DNA of 64,000 nucleotides, from NCBI GenBank assembly GCA_964016885.1, contig OZ024740.1:193254001-193318000 (forward strand), read 5' to 3'. A program made the translations under genes and the position numbers. Source of the DNA: Eledone cirrhosa (Eukaryota). Positions 54,900-64,000 of this stretch are shown here, piece after piece (positions within the stretch are counted from its first letter, which is position 1; every line of letters begins with the position of its first letter). Below the pieces are notes generated by a model. It had not been told where the DNA came from. It worked only from the letters and a program-made list of their open reading frames with translations, and ran no database searches.

Positions 54900-57800
54900 C
54901 GAGTATATTTTTTTGACCGGCGGCAAGTTTGTAAAAGAAAACAATTGTGATCCCTTGAATCGCAAGAATGTTTTGCAAATGTTGAAGGAGCCAGCTATCG
55001 CAGCCATTTGTAGACTATGAATTAGGGAGCTGCGCTTTTTGTCCGCAAATCCAAGTTCAGTCACACTTTGGTCCAAGCGGGTTGGTATATAAACCGTAGC
55101 CCCAATAATGATGGGTATGAAGCTAAAGGTGTATCTTGGATACTGGATTTGTAAACTACTCATCAATGGTCCGTAGATGTCCTCCTTCTCCTGTATTTGT
55201 TTGATAACGTTTACATCAAGTGGGCAGCTGATCTCCACAACAGAACACGTTTACAATGTTTGGTCCCAAACAACAATATCAGGCTGGTTGTGCTTTAATT
55301 TGGTGGCAGTTTTTATTTTCAGGTTCCACCAGTATTCCTTAGTGCCATCTGTCTCAATATAGTCTTCCTCGTTTGTTGTTAATTGTGTTTTCCGAAGTGC
55401 GTTCCAGATGGTTCTAGCTATTCCATTGAGTCTCATGGGGAGGTAGTAGTGAGATGACATTGTTTTGCAGCTGGCAACAATGCGGCTTACATCCTCGATC
55501 TTTGTTTTACATAGCCTGCATTTATTGTCAGCTGATGGCCCTCCGCTTTTGTGCAGCATATATTTGGTCGGGAGTTATTGTTCCTGTATTGCATAGAGAT
55601 ATCCATGAAGGCGTGATGTCATAAACGTGTCGGAACTCCATGCCAGGCTTTTTGAGTGGTTTATCCCCTCTATGGTCTGTGTTTTACGTCTCAAGTATCC
55701 ATGCACAACTTTTTCTGTAAATTGGTCAATTTTTTCATCATGTTTGAACATTGAATAGGATCTTCCGATTTCTCTGGGTGAGAGATTTATATCAGGCTTT
55801 ATTCCATATTATCTCCTCCAGATCAGTCGCTATTCGAATGATATTTATTTTTTCATGGGGAAGATGTTTGCCAACATTTTTCCTCTGTTGAAGTTGTTGC
55901 TTCAGTGTTAACATCCGGGTCTCATATGATGTTAATATGGATTTTAGACCCCGGCCACCTTCCTTGCGTGAGAAGTATAGCCTATCTACATCACCATTGA
56001 TGTTAAAGTTCCCAGTAACACTGAGAAGTTTGCGAGTTCTAACATCCATCTCACTTAGTTCTTGCAATGACCAGTTCAGCAGGCCAAATGTTGGCGTTAG
56101 AATTGGCGCAGTATAAGTATTGTGGGAAATGACCATATTTTCTTTACTCTTCTGAGGTATTCAGTTGTGGTTCTCTCCTTATTTATGGGTCCATCATATC
56201 TGACATTCTCATCCTGTCCAAGATATCGGTAGTTGTCACCTCACTGTAGAGCTTGTGTTGTCAGGCCGTTCATCTCTAGATTTCGAGAGGAGGGCACAGC
56301 TCTTCCACGTTTTACTGCCAAATATGCACACTTGGACTCTCCAAATTTCATTTTGATGTCTGTTGAAAATTGTGTAATGTGATACAATTGTTTTTGGATG
56401 TCATTGATATTTGGCCCATACAACTTCAGGGCATCAACAAAGAAAAGATGGGAGATACTTCTGGACCCACTTCTTTGTCCACCTTGTTTCCTGAGTAGGT
56501 AGGATAGTGGATTTAGTGAGAGAATGAAGAGTAGCACTGACAAGATATCACCCTGCAAGATGCACTTCTGGTAATGTATCTATAAGTCTTAACTTGCTCC
56601 TTCTCACCTCTAAGGATCAAATTGGTGTACCAGTTCTTGGTCAGACATTCAACAGCAGCTACTAGTGGTTGTGAGACTTTGGCTAACTGTAAAGCTTTAA
56701 CAATCCACCCTTGAGGTACACTATGAAATGCTTTTTGATAGTCCAGCCACACCACAGTCATGTTTCTGCGATTCTTTGTTATTTTTTCTTGAATCATTTT
56801 ATTAGTTAGTAGGTGATCTATGCAGCACCACACCTCCCTCTTTCCACCAGCTTGCTCAGGTGTTATGATGTTGTTGGTAGCACAGCGATCCTGTAAGAAC
56901 AGGTTAAGGCACCCAGTATATAATTTATACATGATGTTTTGGCAGGCTATTGGGCGGTAATTTTTAGCAAGGGTTGTTTGGCTATTTTGGGGACTGGGGA
57001 GAGTAGTGGCAGTTGATAACCATCTGGGCAGTTCTTGTGTGCCTTTAATGGTTCCTGTAAACAGCCGTATGAGATCTTGCCGATAGAAAGTGAAATTCAT
57101 CAAACAGTACCGCTAATGAGGTCTGGGCCTGGTGAGTTCCTATTCAACATTTTCTGTAGAGCTGTTTCCAGTATTGACCCATCTATGTCATATTGTTGTG
57201 TCTGGACATTTTGGCAGTAGTTCTTTTAGCCAATTAGTTTGTCTGTGGAATCCGTCTTCCGATTCCCATACAGATCTCCAGTAGCTCTCAACCTGTTCTT
57301 TTGAAGGGGTGTCATTTTCAGAGATTGCGCTTTTTCCACCGAAGCTGCGATAAACTGATTTAGGATAGCTGGGAAACAATCTATTTAGCACTAGTCATTT
57401 ATGTGCTGTTGACTTATATTTTAGTATTTGTTTTGTAGCTGTGAGTTGTTGTTTCAACTGGTGTAATTTGGAGTTTAAAGTTTTAAATTTTGTATCTCCA
57501 AATCGTCTCTCTAACTTTTTTAGTTCTTCCTGGTGTCGTGTGAAGTTGCTCTCTATGTTGCATTTCATAACGACTGCGATGTGTGAGATACGTCGTCTCA
57601 GGGACAAAATTTTGCTTTTTAAATTTCGCATCCACGCTGGTTCAAGCTTTTTGTTTGTATCTTGATTGCGTGGTTTTAGATGTTTGATATATGGTAGCAA
57701 TGTGACAGTTGAAACATATAACAAAATGTTAAGCGTTTCAAATATCGTTTCTACACCTTTACGTTAAGCCTTCAGATAATTGTCAGCTATTTCGTTCACC

Positions 57801-58460
57801 GCTTCCAATTCCAATTTAGTGGGTTCTTTCTGATTCTGGTGTTGTATGGTCTGTCACTCACATTAAGGCTGTGTAATTCTTGAAAGATATCGTCCCATCT
57901 TACTTGTAAGGTGTCCACAAGTTTTTGGTGTTCGGCTTGTACAGTAGAGTCATGAATTTCAGCCTCGTTGTTGATGTGGTGACAATTACTACTAGAGTTA
58001 GCTGACCATTCTCGCTGTTCTTCAGTGGAAGTGGGATGGATTTCAGCAAAATTGTTGGGGAGCTGTTCACTATTAGATTTAGCTGGCCATTCTCTTTGTC
58101 TGTCAGTGGTTGTCTGCAAGGGCTGTATTTTTAGTATCACTCAATTCCGTTAGATGTATCAATTTACATCTAATGATACGTTTTGCCTGTTCATTTAAAT
58201 GCTTTAGAGAAAAGTCTAATTCTGGGTGTTTGGAGTTCCATAAAGTTTTTAGCCTTTGCATAAACCGAACTTTTGGGGTTCAGATTGTTTGTATGCTTCA
58301 TATAATTCTTTGTTAAGTACGCTCGTAGCTTCACTGTGTACAATTGTTGTAGTTGCGATTTGGTCGAAGGAGACTTGTACGTTTTGCCATGATGCGTTCG
58401 TCTATTCACTAATATTTTGTATTATTTTTCAAAATAGTCGATGATCTTCTTTAAAAGTTT
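54900..58460 (-). mobile_element. R4/Dong-clade LINE, near full-length but frameshifted (RT, CCHC-type finger, restriction-like endonuclease)
   Basis: NYRPIACQNIMYKLYTG; LDYQKAFHSVP; QGDILSVLLF; SHLFFVDALKLY; RLYFSRKEGGRGL; CRLCK..EDVSRIVASC; QPDIVVWD..EISCP..EKEDIY, in collinear order. Confidence 0.9.
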
Positions 58461-58589
58461 CGACAAAGTTCTGTCAGAATCAAATTTAAAGTTATTCACA
58501 GCTTGGGTAATATTACTTTTCAGTTAGTTTTTAATTCTACAACTGTGTTTTAAACGTTTTTCTTGAATCGTTTGAATCGAGAACAAAAA

Positions 58590-58912
58590 AAAACCGTTAC
58601 TCAGTATATTTCTTTATGAATGTAATATAATATAACAACACTGTATTTATATGTTAAAGTTTATGTATCATTCATATAAATAGGTGTTCTACAACATATT
58701 CACAGTTCAAACACCTATGTTTTTGTTTCTGAATCGAAAACGTTACTTGCATATTTCTTTACAAATGTAATATAGCAACGTTGCATTTATATGTTAAAGT
58801 GTATGTATCGTTCATATATCATAAGTGTATGTATCGTTCATATATCATAAGTGTATGTATCGTTCATATAAATAGGTGTTTTACAACAGACTTACAGTTC
58901 AAACACTTATGT
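58590..58912. repeat. Degenerate tandem duplication (~146 bp) with an internal 26-bp tandem
   Basis: CGTTACT..ATATTTCTTTA..TTATATGTTAAAGT..AAATAGGTGTT..ACAGTTCAAACAC occurs twice; GTATGTATCGTTCATATATCATAAGT is repeated at 58801-58868. Confidence 0.8.
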
Positions 58913-59354
58913 ATGTACGCAAGAATGTATGCATGTATGTATATGTGTGTATATGTATGGATAGATGCTTGTGTGTATGAGTATGATTGTGGCCACTATA
59001 GCATGAGCAGTGTCAGGAATATAAAAGTGTGGATGTATATACGCAAAATATTTTTCTGATATGATATATTACACTAATTATATACGAAATCCGCCTAATA
59101 AAACATACGGCATATGCTGGCACACTGGAGGTGAAACAGAAATTTGACCTTTCAGCATATGTGGAGTGTGGAGCCAACAGAAAGATGATTAAGCGAATGG
59201 GTCTACGTTCTTAAGATTATCACTACCCCATTGAACTCGTCTCTAGAAAGGTGGAATCCAGTCACTGATACATCAGTGAAAGTGTTCCTCCTTACAACAA
59301 TGTAGAGTGACACATTTAGAGTCTGCTCATTGACATTTGTGCATATATCATTCA

Positions 59355-59358
59355 ATCA

Positions 59359-59394
<36 letters not shown>

Positions 59395-59476
59395 CTCTCT
59401 CTCTCTCTCCATATATATATATATATGTATATGTATGTATGCATGTATGGATGTATCTATGCATGTATGTACATCC

Positions 59477-59525
<49 letters not shown>

Positions 59526-59552
59526 TGTGTGCGTTTGCGTACACACACACAT

Positions 59553-59622
<70 letters not shown>

Positions 59623-59625
59623 AAT
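59355..59625. repeat. Compound (ATCT)n/(CT)n/(TA)n/(GT)n/(CA)n microsatellite
   Basis: Directly visible. Confidence 0.9.
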
Positions 59626-61151
59626 TATGTACGCGTGTGGCATGTGTGTATGCATTTTTGTGTGTGGGTGCGGGAATGAATCTGTACGTATGCGAGTGTA
59701 TGTATAATACAAACCTCGATATATATTGATCTATATATGTATAAATGGTCTTAGTCTGCAAGCAATCTACAAGTAGTAGTGCTGATACATAGTTCACATC
59801 AAAAGTAGGGGAGATTGTATATAAAGGAATATAAGAAATGGATGATAGTTTTATTGAATATCTCTCTAGCGGTAGACAGTTATAGCCGCTTATACCTTTT
59901 CTATGTTTAAGTTCTGTATATAAGTTTGCGAAACTAACATTAGTCACAGGGTAGTATTTAATCAACAACGGCAATACAGAGAATGTGTTTTAAGTAGAAC
60001 TTAAAATATATATTTCCCCAAGCTACTATAATTTTTCTGAATATTGTTATTGATTACACTGGTTTGCTACTAACTCTTTTATGTCATTACAAATGTACTA
60101 TATATTTATCATGGTGAGTGTAAATTCATCTTATTTAAGTTCCGAGATTTTCCCAATCCCTCTGTGACGTCTATGAATCTCTACTTTTATTCCTGCATGC
60201 CCTAAGATAATTCTTTCTTTTGACATTAAATTCCTAAGATGTACATTCATCAAATGGATTTTACATTTTCGCATTTTCTATTTTCTTCTTATTCTCCTTT
60301 TTATATTCTTTCCTTCCATATCATAGCGATTCGATTATATTTTTAAAAGCGTCTTTGACCAGAGCGGTTTATACTACCATTAATATAAATAACAAATAAA
60401 TACTTTCGAATGAAATTTGTGTTAACCTCTGCTAAATTCAGAATAAAATCTTCGCTTTCTTTACATGGAAAATGTTGATTACGTATTGTGTTTCTCGTCA
60501 GGAATAAGGCTTCCAGTAAACAAAGACAGATTAGGATTTTAAAGTTTTAAAACTAATACAATATATGTAAATCAAGATATATTAAAACTTATATTAGCTT
60601 ATGAGGTAAGATATTAAATGTCACAGGAAATATTCTGCTGTGAAAGCGAATGTCTTAGATTTGAACATGTACTTTTTATATTATAGGGATTGTGAAATTA
60701 GTACTATATATCCATTCAAGCAAATTTCAGCTGTTTCTTTATAGCAGGGGGTTGCTTCACTGTGTAGTAAAAATATAGCCTGTAGTTCTATTTCATTAGA
60801 AATACATCAACGTTTCCTAGTTAACCAAACATGCCGATGACAGCTATATCTAACCTGCCTCACCCAACAAGTAAAATATGATTTTTCGTGTTCTTCATCA
60901 ATGATGGAAGCAAGAATATTCAAACACTTATAACAAGGAAGTTTTGGAATCGAGTAGAATATCTGAAAATGAAATACTGTCCAAAAGTAAGGTTTTGCTA
61001 TTTAGTATGAGAAATCACTATGTTCGTTGCAGGAGTAGTCATTTTTAAAGAAATAACTAACAAGACTTAGAGTTTTAGCTTATTTAGGTGCAATAAAATG
61101 GGTGCCAATAAAATTGGCTATACTACTCTTGTATATACTACTCCTCCTGCC

Positions 61152-61202
<51 letters not shown>

Positions 61203-61334
61203 TGAGAGAGAGAGAGTTCCGGGTTCAATCGGGGGTAACATACTGATTTTAATGAAACAGTTCTAGTCCTGTAGAAACCATTTCTATATCAAACATGATA
61301 TATATATATATACATATATATGTGTGTGTGTGTG

Positions 61335-61925
61335 TCATAAAAAAACAGGAAGTTGTGCGCTGTTTGAGCTATGAGTGGGGAGGGGATTAACGGATGACAC
61401 CACCGTGTGACGTGATAACCATGTAGTAGATAACTGCGATCTCAGCTCTATGTAGCCATTGTGTTTATTCGAGTGCTCTTGTTAACAGCTCCTCAATTTT
61501 AGGCTGTCGAGCGATGGGCACAGAGTAAAGAACCAGCCTGTAATTTCTGGCCAAGATGGAGAAACACTCGAAATACTGCAGCATGTTTACAGAGAAAACG
61601 TCGCGCTCGTGGGTTTCGAGTGGCACAAAAACTTCAAGGTGGAATCCTATACCGTAGTAGATAACTGCGATCTCAGCTCTATGTAGCCATTGTGTTTATT
61701 CGAGTGCTCTTGTTAACAGCTCCTCAATTTTAGGCTGTCGAGCGATGGGCACATAGTAAAGAACCAGCCTGTAATTTCTGGTCTAGATGGAGAAACACTC
61801 GAAATACTGCAGCATGTTTTCAGAGAAAACGTCGCGCTCGTGGGTTTCGGGTGGCACAAAAACTTCAAGGTGGAACCCTATACCGTAGTAAACGACCCAA
61901 TGAACGTAAGGTCTTCAATGACAGA
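61335..61925 (+). mobile_element. Mariner-type transposon 5' fragment with a 231-bp tandem duplication
   Basis: MGTE*RTSL*FLAKM..ETLEILQHVYREN..FEWHKNFK..DP resembles the mariner transposase HTH region; 61423-61653 is repeated at 61654-61884. Confidence 0.7.
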
Positions 61926-62265
61926 TGTGATTCCCTTGCTGAGCAGGTTATGCAAGTGGTTCGTGGTGATAGTGTGTTCTCTTGTGACAAAATATCAAGG
62001 TTATTTTTAAGGTTTGCAGATAAACGCAAGGTTAAGGGAGGTAAAAATAAAAATATAAGTATATATATGATTGTAAGAGGTCCTTGGGGGTGTACAAAAA
62101 TGGGATTTTGAAGTATTTCTAGATGAATAAAAGAGGAAAGAAAAACAGAAATGAAGGAAAAATAAGTTTAGTAGTCTTCATTGGAGCTATGAATGTTCCT
62201 TTTATGTGTGTGTGGTTTATGAATGTTACTCTTGTGTGTGTCTGGTTGCAAGTTAATAGATTTCC

Positions 62266-62299
<34 letters not shown>

Positions 62300-62300
62300 C

Positions 62301-62919
<619 letters not shown>

Positions 62920-63153
62920 GATATTAATAAATGGAAACTATATTTATAAAACCATATGTATTTCATTATACATATTTCAAGGACACCAAGTTAAATTATG
63001 GTGTGCTTTCATCAGACAAAATATAATATAGATCAGTTTTATAAATAAATATTGACATACCCTTAAAAAATGCAACCATTACTGTTGAGTGCTTTATATC
63101 AGTTATAAAAATATTTGCTTGTTGTATCCCAACAATTTAAATAGAACTTTTGC

Positions 63154-63213
<60 letters not shown>

Positions 63214-63246
<33 letters not shown>

Positions 63247-63435
63247 GCCATGTACTCTATGAGCAGGATATTTATAGAATTCCAGTTATGTGTGTTTAAT
63301 AACTACCTTAAATTCATAGCGAAATTCCTTCAAAATGTATTTAAAAAAACATGCAGTATATCATTAAATATACAATACGTAGATTCATATATACATCATG
63401 ATTTCAGACAACCAACACACACACACACACACAAC

Positions 63436-63534
<99 letters not shown>

Positions 63535-63747
63535 TGTGTGTGTGTGTGTGTGTGTGTGTGTGTTGGTGCTCTGAAAAAATGATGATGTATATATGAATGT
63601 ACGTATTGTATATTTAATGATATACTGCATGTTTTTTTAAACACATTTTGAAAGTGTTTCGCTATGAATTTAAGGTAGTTATTAAACACACATAACTGGA
63701 ATTCTATAAATATCCAGCTCATAGAGTACATGGCAAAACACACACAG

Positions 63748-63780
<33 letters not shown>
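63214..63780. repeat. Palindrome with ~175-bp unique arms and a symmetric (CA)n(TA)n(TG)n centre
   Basis: 63240-63415 pairs with 63563-63745. Confidence 0.88.
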
Positions 63781-63784
<4 letters not shown>

Positions 63785-63788
63785 AATA

Positions 63789-63820
<32 letters not shown>

Positions 63821-64000
63821 CGAATTAAGCACATTTGACATGTAATATGGGGCCATTGCTTTCGGGGCTCAGGTATAGTCACCACTGTTTATTAGCGGAG
63901 GCACTTTCAAACTGGCTCGTCTTCTGGCACGTGGACAGATGTATGAAAAGGGAAATACTTTTCAAAGACAATTCTTTCTCCAAAGAGCGGAGTTCTTCAT

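Overview
AT-rich, microsatellite-saturated eukaryotic (animal) DNA with no host protein-coding gene I can support; almost all listed ORFs are microsatellite translations or decayed transposon frames. The repeat content resembles an octopus/cephalopod genome (inference only). The window holds Penelope-like elements (PLEs) of the Naiad type (RT plus GIY-YIG), LINE remnants (RTE, Tx1/L1, a near full-length R4/Dong element), about a dozen tRNA-derived SINE copies or fragments, three non-autonomous Helitrons and a mariner fragment. The most notable locus is 31731-34367: a head-to-tail array of about 3.5 near-identical 690-bp non-coding units, each full unit carrying an intact type I hammerhead ribozyme on the minus strand, closed by an inverted partial copy and flanked by (TA)n. 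It looks like a large retrozyme, a putative circular-RNA mobile element copied by rolling-circle reverse transcription. Many other insertions share the same fold-back architecture within (TA)n tracts, and several carry intact or decayed hammerheads. All calls were made by eye; no searches or folding programs were run.
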